Positions 7,152 to 16,816 of a stretch of DNA of 49,064 nt are shown here, in pieces (positions within the stretch are counted from its first letter, which is position 1; every line of letters begins with the position of its first letter). A program made the translations under genes and the position numbers. Origin of the DNA: a virus (Duplodnaviria; Caudoviricetes); the IMG/VR virus record IMGVR_UViG_3300012953_000047, positions 1-49,064 of that record. One strand, given 5' to 3'. Below the pieces are notes generated by a model. It had not been told where the DNA came from, ran no database searches, and saw only the letters and a program-made list of their open reading frames with translations.

Positions 7152-9404
7152 TCAAACTCTACCTGCAACCTCTTCAAAGCTCACGCCTGTGCGTGTAGCA
7201 ACGAAGGATAAGGTTACGAAGTTGATTGATTTCGCAGGCTTCAGGAAGATGTCTGCTCTAAACTCATTATTATCAATAACATCAGGAGTGTTATTTGTTG
7301 TGTCACAGATAACAAGGAATCCGAAAATACCTCTCTTTGCTTCAACATCTCTCAAGAATGGTTCAACAATGTTTCTGAAGTTTGCTCTTGTTAACTCATC
7401 GTTGAGTTCAAAGAGTTGTGCTTCAGCAGCACTTTCAAGTGCTTGCTCAATAGTGAGGAACAAGCGGCGAACATTGATTCTATCGAACGCAGATGCAAAA
7501 CCGAGAGCAGTCTTGTCTCCGAAGAGCATGGTGCCTACACCAGGTTTTGTGATAATAGAGTTGATTCTTGAAGGATAGAGACGATCTCTTTGTGCCTTGG
7601 TTGGGTTGTATGCAAGTTTAACAACGTTATTGAGGACACCTCTTTGTTGACCTGCAGGTGAGAACCATGGATAAGAGTTAATCGAAGTTCTAGTCATCAA
7701 TCCAGCAACATCAGCGTTGGTTGGAATATAACGGAACTCATTATTAAATCTGTCATACTTATATGCGTATCCAGAATCGAACGTTGCATACGAGGAGGAA
7801 CTGAGCGAGGAATAATATGCGAGTAAGTTTTCAGTTTGAGTCTCAGTGTTTGTTACATTGACCAGATCAGATCTATGTGGTCCAATCACTGCCATGCAGT
7901 CTTTTCTTTGTCCTGCAATAGAAGTCAGATGATTTGCTTTTGCTTGAGAAAGATCTCTTGAAGCAAGACCAGGGCCCATGATCAAGTAATCTACGGCAAT
8001 TTCATCTCTATTTTGGAATAACTCGTAGGAAGTCTTAAGATTTCCAAGAGTTGCGGTCATACCACCGTTTGAACCTCTGGCAGGAACTCCTGCACTGTAA
8101 TCTTCACCACCACCAAGGGAGTAAGAAACGTTTCCAAGAGCAGCAAAGACATTGTTTTGAGCAGCTCTACCCCAGAGACCTTCTCCAGTTGTGTATGGAG
8201 TATATGACGTGGAGAATCCAGTTGCTCTAGGAGTAACGGTCTCGCCATCAATTGTCGTATGGAAAGTATCTGCAGCTGCAGATGGATTGAGTCCAGCGAA
8301 CAGATTCTGAGAGAAGTCTGCAATATAATCTTTGTAGTAATTCTTTTGTGGAGAATTTACTGCAGAGATCGAATCTTCTGCTTTAGACAGTCCAACGTGC
8401 TTCTCAATGATATTACCTTCGATGCCAGTAACAACACCATAATCATCAACAACTACAACGTGGAGAGCATCGTTCTCACCACTGCGGTTCAGAGTATACT
8501 GATTGGTTACTGGTTTTGGTGCAATCGTGCTCCAATAAATCGTGGAGTTCTCAAGATTAAGAGTTTGCTCGTTATACCAATCTTTAACACTATCAGGAGT
8601 GTAAGTTGATACGGTTGCAGCAAGTCCAGTATTGATACCGGCATTGTTGACAAACATCAGAGCGTCTGAAGTATCGAATGATGCCTCAAGTGCCTTCTCT
8701 TTATAATCAATTCTGGTTTCGGTTCCAGTGTCCGTTGATGCACCAGAAACTCTAGCAACAATCTTAACGTCGATTGTACTATTTGAGTTGGCTGTATCAG
8801 TCTTAACTCCGGTAATAATTCCTTTAAGGAAACCAGTGAAAGGAGTTGTCGTTCCAGCACCAGGAAGAACAACTGCAGAAAGTTGAGCGGTAACACCGTG
8901 TCCGACGACAGCACCTGCATTTCTCAGGTTGTCGGTGGTAATACCAATTCTTTGGTCACCAAGGTCATCAATCTGACAAACCTTAAGTGAGTTTGCCCAG
9001 GATCCTGGGTTTTTGGCAGCATAATAAAAATCAGTCGCAGACTTGTAATTCGACTGATAATCGTCATAGCTCTTGATCTTCAACACAGAAGTGCTAGCAA
9101 CACCAACACCAGCGTTTGCGTTATTAAGATCTGCGTCGTCTGTCCTAACAACTTTCAGGACTCCGCCATAAGAAAGATAGGACGCTGCACTCATCCAATA
9201 CTCGTATTGGGCGTCTGTTGAAAGAGGTTTTCCAAATGCACTAATAAGATCTGTCTCATTAGTAACCTCAATTGGATCATCGATAGGACCAATTCTAAAG
9301 GGTCCAGCAATAGCTCCAATGTTATCTAATACATTATCAGCTCTTCCTACTGTTAAGTCAACCTCCCTAATTCTTACACCGGGAGATAATTGAGGAGTCG
9401 CCAT
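7152..9404 (-). CDS. g18: Tail sheath protein gp18
   Basis: SPGVRIREVD, PWFSPAGQQRG, LFGDKT, FDRINVRRLF, FELNDELTR, KPAKSINFVTLSFVA. Confidence 0.98.
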   Translation of the reverse strand: MATPQLSPGVRIREVDLTVGRADNVLDNIGAIAGPFRIGPIDDPIEVTNETDLISAFGKPLSTDAQYEYWMSAASYLSYGGVLKVVRTDDADLNNANAGVGVASTSVLKIKSYDDYQSNYKSATDFYYAAKNPGSWANSLKVCQIDDLGDQRIGITTDNLRNAGAVVGHGVTAQLSAVVLPGAGTTTPFTGFLKGIITGVKTDTANSNSTIDVKIVARVSGASTDTGTETRIDYKEKALEASFDTSDALMFVNNAGINTGLAATVSTYTPDSVKDWYNEQTLNLENSTIYWSTIAPKPVTNQYTLNRSGENDALHVVVVDDYGVVTGIEGNIIEKHVGLSKAEDSISAVNSPQKNYYKDYIADFSQNLFAGLNPSAAADTFHTTIDGETVTPRATGFSTSYTPYTTGEGLWGRAAQNNVFAALGNVSYSLGGGEDYSAGVPARGSNGGMTATLGNLKTSYELFQNRDEIAVDYLIMGPGLASRDLSQAKANHLTSIAGQRKDCMAVIGPHRSDLVNVTNTETQTENLLAYYSSLSSSSYATFDSGYAYKYDRFNNEFRYIPTNADVAGLMTRTSINSYPWFSPAGQQRGVLNNVVKLAYNPTKAQRDRLYPSRINSIITKPGVGTMLFGDKTALGFASAFDRINVRRLFLTIEQALESAAEAQLFELNDELTRANFRNIVEPFLRDVEAKRGIFGFLVICDTTNNTPDVIDNNEFRADIFLKPAKSINFVTLSFVATRTGVSFEEVAGRV

Positions 9405-9441
9405 GTTGTGTTTCTCCGTTTAATCTCATTTGTTCTGAAAA

Positions 9442-9448
9442 TATTTAT
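9442..9448 (-). promoter_or_regulatory. T4-type late promoter (ATAAATA)
   Basis: Upstream of g18. Confidence 0.7.
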
Positions 9449-9485
9449 TAAAAAGTGACTTTTCGCGGGGGAAACATGACGTGAA

Positions 9486-9698
9486 CTACCAATCTGGATA
9501 TTCCCACATGACTGAAGATTTTTTTACTCTTGTTTTACAACACTCTTTACATTCATATGAGTATGAAGAGGCGACTGCTCCCCTATCTTTTCTTGTTCTG
9601 TAGAATCCATCAACTAAATTTTTAAGTTCTCCGCAAACCCTACATTTACGATCCTGTAGTAATAGATGTCCTAATTGTATTTGTCCATCTAAATCCAT
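9486..9698 (-). CDS. Small zinc-ribbon protein (70 aa)
   Basis: CRVC...CKEC; likely start MDLDG at 9698 overlapping the g17 stop (TAATG). Confidence 0.75.
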   Translation of the reverse strand: MDLDGQIQLGHLLLQDRKCRVCGELKNLVDGFYRTRKDRGAVASSYSYECKECCKTRVKKSSVMWEYPDW

Positions 9699-11344
9699 TA
9701 CATATAATCCCACATATATGAACGATCCCCATATTCATCAGTATGCCATCTGTCTCCATCGGCATCTACAAAACTAGTATCATCTAATCCATCTGACATA
9801 AATCCAAATGGAGCCATATCCTGTTCAATTTGATTTTTCTGCTCATCATATAATCTTTTTCTTACATCTTGGTCAGTAAGTTCTTTAAAATAATCTTGTG
9901 CTACTAACCATGCATAAATTACCAAGCACATTGCAAGGTCATCATTACAACCCTCTTCTGCCTCAAATGAATTGCTTTTGGAGATAAAGGTTGTTAGTTC
10001 TGATATGATCTCATAATCATTGAAGATGACTTTATCACTCTCAATCATTGTTTTAAGATTGAGAGATCCAACCTTTTTAACAGTCTTAGACATTTTGACA
10101 CCTAACTGTGTCTTTTTGCCTGAGAATCCTTGACCAACAATCTGGCCTGCTCTACCTCTCATAGAACACATAAGGAGATTTTGATATTCAAGATCATAGT
10201 TTAAAATTGAAGCGACTTGATCTCCAATATCATTTACCTCACATAAAATAAATGCATTATTATATCTCTTTGCTATTTCAAAAATAATATTGGGAAATAA
10301 CATTGGTTTAATGTCATTGTTCCTATATTTTCCAACCACTTTATGTGGGAAAGATGTAATATCTGCAATAATAAATGCTGAGTAATCTTCACCTACACCT
10401 CTTGCAACATCAACCGTTACAACATAATCATGTTTTGGCTCTGGTTCTACATATATGTCTAGACCGGCATTACTAGTCTGTGGGTTTTCATATACTAATG
10501 TTCTAAGTTTACTTGGAGCGATGAGCGTGTCAATAGATCCAAGGAACTCACATTCAAACTCAATCTTGAACTGCTGCTCTGATGTGTTAGCAATGGTCTG
10601 CTGTCGCCACTTGTCATCTCTACCTGGGACTTCAGACCAATGAACATCAGTTGGAATATATTCGTTCTTTCCTTTCTCTGCGTCGTGCCAATATCTGTAA
10701 AAATGGTTCATGCCGTGAGGCGTTGAAACCATTATGACTTTTGTGCTTTTACCAGAAGTAATAGTAGGATAAACAGATGCAAAGAAGGAGTCAGCGATGT
10801 GATTAGGGACGAAGGCGAACTCATCGAGAAAGAGGATATTGAACGACATGCCTCGGACAGCACTCGCAGATGTAGAAGCTGCCAAAATTTTACTGCCATT
10901 TTCTAACTCCAGTGATCCTTTGTTCCAAACCATGATGCCTTGCTGCATCCACTTGGGCAAGTTTTCGTATGCAGTTTGCAATCTGCCCAACAACTCTCTT
11001 GCCGTTGCTGCTTTGTTTGCAAGTATGCCTATATTAACACTATCATTAAAAATTGCATAGTGTAAAAGATATGAGACACAGGTGGTTGATTTACCAGTCT
11101 GCCTTGGCATCTTGCAGATGTTAAATCGATTCTCATGAAATCTATTAATTAACTTCTCTTGAAAGTCATAGGGTTTGAAGGCGACAAGACCCTCATCAAG
11201 AGAAACAATCTTTACGTAATTTTTTGCGAAGTAAACGGGATCATCTTTACATTTAACAAATTCTAAAATTTGATCTTGAGTAAATTCAATAGCAGTATTT
11301 GCTTTTTTTAGATTCGGATTACCAAGGTATACATCATCAGGCAT
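9698..11344 (-). CDS. g17: Terminase large subunit gp17
   Basis: YLGNPNLK, Walker A PRQTGKST, Walker B ILFLDEFAF, motif III STPHG, nuclease VDVARG and DDLAM. Confidence 0.99.
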   Translation of the reverse strand: MPDDVYLGNPNLKKANTAIEFTQDQILEFVKCKDDPVYFAKNYVKIVSLDEGLVAFKPYDFQEKLINRFHENRFNICKMPRQTGKSTTCVSYLLHYAIFNDSVNIGILANKAATARELLGRLQTAYENLPKWMQQGIMVWNKGSLELENGSKILAASTSASAVRGMSFNILFLDEFAFVPNHIADSFFASVYPTITSGKSTKVIMVSTPHGMNHFYRYWHDAEKGKNEYIPTDVHWSEVPGRDDKWRQQTIANTSEQQFKIEFECEFLGSIDTLIAPSKLRTLVYENPQTSNAGLDIYVEPEPKHDYVVTVDVARGVGEDYSAFIIADITSFPHKVVGKYRNNDIKPMLFPNIIFEIAKRYNNAFILCEVNDIGDQVASILNYDLEYQNLLMCSMRGRAGQIVGQGFSGKKTQLGVKMSKTVKKVGSLNLKTMIESDKVIFNDYEIISELTTFISKSNSFEAEEGCNDDLAMCLVIYAWLVAQDYFKELTDQDVRKRLYDEQKNQIEQDMAPFGFMSDGLDDTSFVDADGDRWHTDEYGDRSYMWDYM

Positions 11345-11351
11345 AAGTTAA

Positions 11352-13004
11352 TCAGCAGTTCCAAGCTCTTAATGATTTATTAATTCTAGAATCTGGGTCG
11401 TTTGCAGTTTTTTTACTAGTTAATTTTGCCTTCATTCCTTTCATTCTAGCGCAGAACGACGCGCGACGGGGGTTTCCAACCTTCTTGCTTGGTGCTTTAA
11501 GGTCAGATCCTGGATTTTCTCTTTCGTAAGACTTCCTTCCTTTTTCATTGAGTCCGCCTTTTTTGTTTTTTCCTTCCTTGTTTGTCCATGCTGCTCCTTC
11601 TGCAACTTGGAGGAATGGTTGTCCGGGTTCATAATCGGAAACTGTGAAAGTTGATAGTTTTGAACCTGGATAAACCTTACCTATCTCGGATTGAACGTCT
11701 GCTCTGGTGGGTCTAGATGCTGAGGGGAAGAACATTCTAATCATGTAATACTTTCCTTTCCAAACAAGTGTCACTGCAATGATGTTTCCAGTTTTTGCTG
11801 GGATACGAACGGCTTCTTGAACTTCCGTTCCTTTCCAAATACCATTAGTATCTACAACTGGACTCATATTTGATGGTCCGACAATATCCGTAACTTCTGC
11901 GAAGGCCTTTCCATCAGCAGTCTCGATGGTCTCTTCGTTTGCCTTTACACAACGGTTGTATGTCTTTCCGAAAAGTTTTTGTGTTCCCGCTTTCTTGTAC
12001 CCTTTCCAACACTTCTTACCAGCTTCATTGATTTCAATAGCACCAATAGATTCTAAAGCAGCAAGTTGTGCTGGAGAGAATCCTTCTTTCTTTGAACTAT
12101 TGCCCCAATTAGCGGCACCCACTTTACGGCATTTTACAAGGGCACCGGAAGCATATGCTGAAGGCCATACGCTGTAGCGAGATTTGACTTTATGGTAACA
12201 GGCATCCTTACTTCCACTGCCTTTACCTTTTTTGTCTTTTGCTTCGTCAATATTCAATATTTTATCACCAACATTTACATTATTGGCCTCAAACCATCCA
12301 CGGTTTACTTCTAAAGCGTAGAGAACGTTTGCATCAGATGTGATTGAGGACTCATTTAATGGTTCTAATTCTTTAATAGTTTCGATTACACCATTTTCGT
12401 TGATAAAAGCAATATCAAGAGATATGGTGGTGTTCTTCATGTGGAATGACTTTTCTCCTGATTCGTTAAAAACGAAAAGCATACCACAGTTTTCACCTAG
12501 ACTTTCCCTGAACATCAGACCTGCATTAAATGCATCCAACGAAGATGGAACTTCGATATGAAGAGGTAGAGTTACAAATTCTTCTTTGCTCATTTTTTTC
12601 TTAGGCTTAGGATCGGTAGATACGTAAGTTGGTTTTGCTGCACCAGATTTTGATTGTTGTCCGGGGTCTGCTGCTTTCTTTCTTCTAGCGGCAGATTTTC
12701 TTTCTGCGGGAGTCATACTTGATCTCTTTGCAGATGATACACACTTAGGTGTACCTTCCCCTGGTTTATCACTTGCACAGGTTCCACCTGTTACAACATT
12801 AACCCAACCTTTTTTGCCATCTTTTGATTTGGACTTACCAAACCAGTCACGAAGACCTTCCTCACTGATAGAGGCACCATTCTCCTTACGGAGCATTCCT
12901 TTTGGATCTACCATGAAACCCTTTGGGATTGGTTTACAAACTTTATCTGTATAACAGTAATATGATCCTGCTTTACATTTTCCGTTCTTCTTTCCCTCTT
13001 TCAT
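11352..13004 (-). CDS. Modular basic virion-associated protein with an internal DUF192-like domain (550 aa)
   Basis: GLMFRESL..NCGMLFVF..FHMKNT.ISLDIAFI..YALEVNRGWF is DUF192-like; flanked by Lys/Cys-rich modules; late promoter upstream. Confidence 0.8.
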   Translation of the reverse strand: MKEGKKNGKCKAGSYYCYTDKVCKPIPKGFMVDPKGMLRKENGASISEEGLRDWFGKSKSKDGKKGWVNVVTGGTCASDKPGEGTPKCVSSAKRSSMTPAERKSAARRKKAADPGQQSKSGAAKPTYVSTDPKPKKKMSKEEFVTLPLHIEVPSSLDAFNAGLMFRESLGENCGMLFVFNESGEKSFHMKNTTISLDIAFINENGVIETIKELEPLNESSITSDANVLYALEVNRGWFEANNVNVGDKILNIDEAKDKKGKGSGSKDACYHKVKSRYSVWPSAYASGALVKCRKVGAANWGNSSKKEGFSPAQLAALESIGAIEINEAGKKCWKGYKKAGTQKLFGKTYNRCVKANEETIETADGKAFAEVTDIVGPSNMSPVVDTNGIWKGTEVQEAVRIPAKTGNIIAVTLVWKGKYYMIRMFFPSASRPTRADVQSEIGKVYPGSKLSTFTVSDYEPGQPFLQVAEGAAWTNKEGKNKKGGLNEKGRKSYERENPGSDLKAPSKKVGNPRRASFCARMKGMKAKLTSKKTANDPDSRINKSLRAWNC

Positions 13005-13061
13005 AATATTTTTAGAATTTGCTGGTTGACCAGGTTAGACTTTTTTAAAAAAGTCTCTTAT

Positions 13062-13069
13062 TATTTATA
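13062..13069 (-). promoter_or_regulatory. T4-type late promoter (TATAAATA) containing the upstream stop codon
   Basis: Exact consensus. Confidence 0.8.
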
Positions 13070-15308
13070 CTTTTGTCAATGTTTTTGATATTTTAAACAC
13101 CGTAGACGAACTAAATGCAGGAGTAGCTCTCACTCTTACGTTGCCAGAATTTATATCAGCATCAAATGTTGCAAGGGAAGATCCTGTCTTAATTGTTCCA
13201 AATTCTGCCATATAAACATCAGTACCATCGTGCAAAACATTCAAAGTCGTTACATGATATAACGATCCTCTAGTTATTTGTATTTGATATTGTGCGGATC
13301 TAAAGATAGATGCATCAAAAGTATCGATATTAGATTCTGATGTTGTTGTGGTTGTTGCTGTAGCAGCGTCTAATTTAATTATTGTGGTTATGCTTCCAGC
13401 ACCAATTTCTAAACCACTTCTAGCGGTAGCAATACCAATAGAATCTACATGAGTGACATCATCATAAGTTACTGTGCCACCAACACTTAGGTTCCCAGTA
13501 AGAGTAAGATTAACTCCAGTGGCACCATCTGCTAATGTTGTGGCTTCTCCAGTTCCACTAAGTGCTGTACTAGCAATACCAACCCACTCTGTTCCGTTAT
13601 AGATTAAGAGTTTGTTGGTGCCTATGCTCTCATCAAAACTAACGTCTGCAAGATCTTTTATGAATCCAGCACCACCGCCACCAATGGATGACAGTTGAAC
13701 CTGAATTCTATTGATAAACAGTCTATAATGATCCTGAAGTTGTTTCAGAGTCACATAGTTCTTGTCTAATGATGTGAGAGGGTCTCCAGTCTTAGTATCA
13801 GGACTTCCTGGGGTAATAGGAGTATCTTCGGTCAGAAGTGCCTTTTCACTGAACTTGGAAAGAACATCTTCAATGTGATTTACTTTTTCAATGAGAGCCT
13901 GATTTTTCTCCTCAATAGAATCAATATGAAGTTTGTTAATTACATCTTGAACTTCTTCTTTGATATTTTCAATATGCTCATTCTGCTTTTTAATGTGTAC
14001 TTCATTGGTGTTTAAGTTAATCTCAAGATCTTTAATTTGATCAACCAGATTTTCCTCAAACTTATAAACTTCTTTCTTCAATCTTTCATGATATGCAGAT
14101 GTACTAATATCAAGATTAGCTTGAAGTTCTAAAACATCTTGAACTGTAGTTTCCTCAATCTTTTCAAGTTTTTCTGCAAAATTTTCTAATCTGCCAGAAA
14201 ATCCTTTCAGTTTCTTATCTTCTGTTACTTCTCTTTTCTTTGAATCTTTACATAATCTTGCATAAGATTCAAAGATTTCTCCAGTTTGATTTTTTGATTC
14301 CTGAACAGTTGTTTTAACTTTTTCTAAAAGAGAATCAATATCAGTTTCTTTGATATTATTAACTTTATAAAGATTATCAATTTGCTCTGTTAGATCACTA
14401 ACCTTTTTCAAGACAGATGTTTCTAACTCTTTGACTTCCTGTTCTGATTTTAATTTAGACTCCACCAGCATTTTGCTGTACTTTGGAATCTCCGTATTAG
14501 CAAATTCTTTGACTGTGGAATTTAATTCTTCTAATCGTTCCTGATATGTTTGATTGATGAAGTTAATTTTTTCATCAAAAATATTTTGAGCCTCACTAAT
14601 TTTCTCTTCTGTTCTTAATTCAGTTTCAACAAAAAACTTTTTGTATTCGGGCAAATTTTCATTGACAAGATTGACTATATCTCCAACCTCATCCCTTATG
14701 GTGGACAGACTATGTTGGTTGATAGTCTCAACTTCCGATAAAGTAGTTGTAACTTCCTTATTAACGTCTGCCCTAATCGTATCAAGATTTTCTTCTACAG
14801 AATCTTTTAGATTTACAAATCTATTATCAATTCTAATTTCTGATTCTGAAATTAAATCTTTATATTTTGGAACTTCAAAATTTATAAATGAATCAACCAT
14901 TTCAGATAAATCTGAAAAGTCATTACTAATTTTACTTACAATATCTTCGTTTACTCCCGTTATCTTACTTTCAATTTTTACAATCGCTTCTTCTACAAAG
15001 AAAAGATGAGCCATCATGGCATCATCTAAATCTTCCTTTTTGATCAGAGTTTGAATCTCTTTTTTTACATCACCAATCTCATTAGAAATAGTTTCAACTT
15101 TTTCGACATTTTCCTTGAAACTTTCAAATGTTGAAGAAAAATCTGTCAAAGATTGAATGTGATTCAGATTACTTTTAAACGCACTAAAAGCTTCCGAGAT
15201 CTTCTCAATCTTCTTTGGTTCAGAAGAAGAAAGTTCTTCTTTCAAAGAATCAAAAGAACTTTTCTCTTCGGGTTTAATATAAAAATCGGAAGGCTTCTTT
15301 AATGCCAC
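13065..15308 (-). CDS. Long coiled-coil protein with fibre-like C-terminal domain (747 aa), probable structural protein
   Basis: ~490 aa E/K-rich heptad region, then GGGG..DLADV..LIYNGTEW and a beta-sandwich-like C-terminus. Confidence 0.75.
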   Translation of the reverse strand: MALKKPSDFYIKPEEKSSFDSLKEELSSSEPKKIEKISEAFSAFKSNLNHIQSLTDFSSTFESFKENVEKVETISNEIGDVKKEIQTLIKKEDLDDAMMAHLFFVEEAIVKIESKITGVNEDIVSKISNDFSDLSEMVDSFINFEVPKYKDLISESEIRIDNRFVNLKDSVEENLDTIRADVNKEVTTTLSEVETINQHSLSTIRDEVGDIVNLVNENLPEYKKFFVETELRTEEKISEAQNIFDEKINFINQTYQERLEELNSTVKEFANTEIPKYSKMLVESKLKSEQEVKELETSVLKKVSDLTEQIDNLYKVNNIKETDIDSLLEKVKTTVQESKNQTGEIFESYARLCKDSKKREVTEDKKLKGFSGRLENFAEKLEKIEETTVQDVLELQANLDISTSAYHERLKKEVYKFEENLVDQIKDLEINLNTNEVHIKKQNEHIENIKEEVQDVINKLHIDSIEEKNQALIEKVNHIEDVLSKFSEKALLTEDTPITPGSPDTKTGDPLTSLDKNYVTLKQLQDHYRLFINRIQVQLSSIGGGGAGFIKDLADVSFDESIGTNKLLIYNGTEWVGIASTALSGTGEATTLADGATGVNLTLTGNLSVGGTVTYDDVTHVDSIGIATARSGLEIGAGSITTIIKLDAATATTTTTSESNIDTFDASIFRSAQYQIQITRGSLYHVTTLNVLHDGTDVYMAEFGTIKTGSSLATFDADINSGNVRVRATPAFSSSTVFKISKTLTKV

Positions 15309-15332
15309 TTATTATTACCTCAGTTATAGTTA

Positions 15333-15339
15333 TATTTAT
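15333..15339 (-). promoter_or_regulatory. T4-type late promoter (ATAAATA) overlapping the g16 stop
   Basis: Upstream of SD GAGG and the GTG start at 15308. Confidence 0.7.
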
Positions 15340-15761
15340 TTTTTCTCTGTGTCTTCATTTTGAGACTTGAGAAATTTGGACAGATCCGAAGTAGATCCAA
15401 CAAAAAGTGCATTCGTTACATTAGTGGGACCTTTTTTAGATTCTTCATTAACATCTTTCAGTTTTTTCTGAAGATCCATTAATTTATCAGTTGCGTCTGC
15501 CACATTTTTAATTAATTGGCCTGCAACTTCATATGCTCTGGGCATTTCACTTTCTTGTGCAAGTTCCAGAATACCATTAATTGCTTCTTGTCCTTTCTCA
15601 ATTATACTATACAGATTCCCACGAGTATAGTCATAGTCTTTACCAACATCATCTTTTTCTATTTTTAGTCTTTTGGCAACTTCTACTGACTCTTTTTCGG
15701 CAGAGACAATCTCTGTCTCTACGTTAAATGCTTCATCCAGACCATCATATTTTTTAGTCAT
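15336..15761 (-). CDS. g16: Terminase small subunit gp16
   Basis: DYDYTRGNLYSIIEKGQEA, PRAYEVAGQLIK, NALFVGSTSDL. Confidence 0.95.
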   Translation of the reverse strand: MTKKYDGLDEAFNVETEIVSAEKESVEVAKRLKIEKDDVGKDYDYTRGNLYSIIEKGQEAINGILELAQESEMPRAYEVAGQLIKNVADATDKLMDLQKKLKDVNEESKKGPTNVTNALFVGSTSDLSKFLKSQNEDTEKK

Positions 15762-15763
15762 GA

Positions 15764-16771
15764 TTATGTTATATCTCCATCAAATCCAAAGTCATCTCCA
15801 GCTTGTACGCTGTCACTATCTTCTCTGGCAGTATAATCAATGCCTTTGACTTCTGCACCTCTAAGATGTGAGGTGACAATTGTTCCATCCTTCCCCCTTT
15901 CCACGGTGATTTTATTATCAGAAATCTTGGTAACAAACATTTCTTCACCACCAATTTCAATATATTTTTTGAGAGTGATAGAAGATCCAGTATCTACATT
16001 AAATGCAGTTGCATGACCATCGATGTCCTCAGCAAGATTAGTGACAACATCTCCAGAGTAATCTTTAATAGCTCTTGGTCTAACTCTATATGTAAGATCT
16101 CTAACTGTGCTATTACTGTCTCCGGAGTAGTAAGAAACAGAAGAACTCTTGACGATATCTTTGGTCGCAGCAGAAATAGGGCCGAACAGATAAGTCTTTG
16201 CTGTAAATTTCAATGTATAAAGAAGAACTCTACGAGTAGAGAAATCTCCTTCATAATCATCTTGCATTGTTATATTTTCTAATATAACAGGAATATCTTT
16301 TTTTTCGTTTATTGTACCAACCAAATTAACTGTCAAATTATATTGTGGTTGAAAGTATGGAAGAATTTGTTCTACAATCTGTAGAGCATCATCGTTCAAT
16401 TTAGACATAATGCTCAGTTCAAATTGCATATTATATGGAACTGGCATATATGCTTTCTTGACATCAGCATCACTATCTGGATCTTTAACCGTAAACTGTT
16501 GAGTTGTAGTTACCTTTCTCGATTGATCGTAAGTTAATCCAATAAACTCAAATGACATCCTAGGGAGAGTCATCGCCGTCCCTTTACTTAAATCGGGAGA
16601 TTGTTCTAGTCGTGCTAAAAACTTTTGAGTAGGTCCATAGGCAAGAGGAACTCTAACAATACTAGTAGTATTGTCAGAAGAGTCTTGATGTTGAATCTCT
16701 ATTGAATTAAAAAGAGTACCAAAAGATATGATAGTCTTTCTTAAAATTTCGTTGTAAAAATATTCAAACAT
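15764..16771 (-). CDS. g15: Tail terminator/sheath stabilizer gp15 with C-terminal extra domain
   Basis: YFYNEILRK..FGTLFN, VPLAYGP, LPRMSFE, QIVEQILPYFQP, DDYEGDF. Confidence 0.96.
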   Translation of the reverse strand: MFEYFYNEILRKTIISFGTLFNSIEIQHQDSSDNTTSIVRVPLAYGPTQKFLARLEQSPDLSKGTAMTLPRMSFEFIGLTYDQSRKVTTTQQFTVKDPDSDADVKKAYMPVPYNMQFELSIMSKLNDDALQIVEQILPYFQPQYNLTVNLVGTINEKKDIPVILENITMQDDYEGDFSTRRVLLYTLKFTAKTYLFGPISAATKDIVKSSSVSYYSGDSNSTVRDLTYRVRPRAIKDYSGDVVTNLAEDIDGHATAFNVDTGSSITLKKYIEIGGEEMFVTKISDNKITVERGKDGTIVTSHLRGAEVKGIDYTAREDSDSVQAGDDFGFDGDIT

Positions 16772-16809
16772 TGGTCAAACCTACAATACTCCACCTATTA
16801 AGATATCTT

Positions 16810-16816
16810 TATTTAT
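16810..16816 (-). promoter_or_regulatory. T4-type late promoter (ATAAATA) overlapping the g14 stop
   Basis: Upstream of g15. Confidence 0.7.

Noticed and set aside
9699-9713. Upstream start of the zinc-ribbon ORF
   Set aside because: The ATG at 9698 with TAATG coupling is more plausible
4829-11344. Introns or inteins in g20, g18 or g17
   Set aside because: ORFs are uninterrupted, of ordinary length, and show no intein or homing endonuclease motifs
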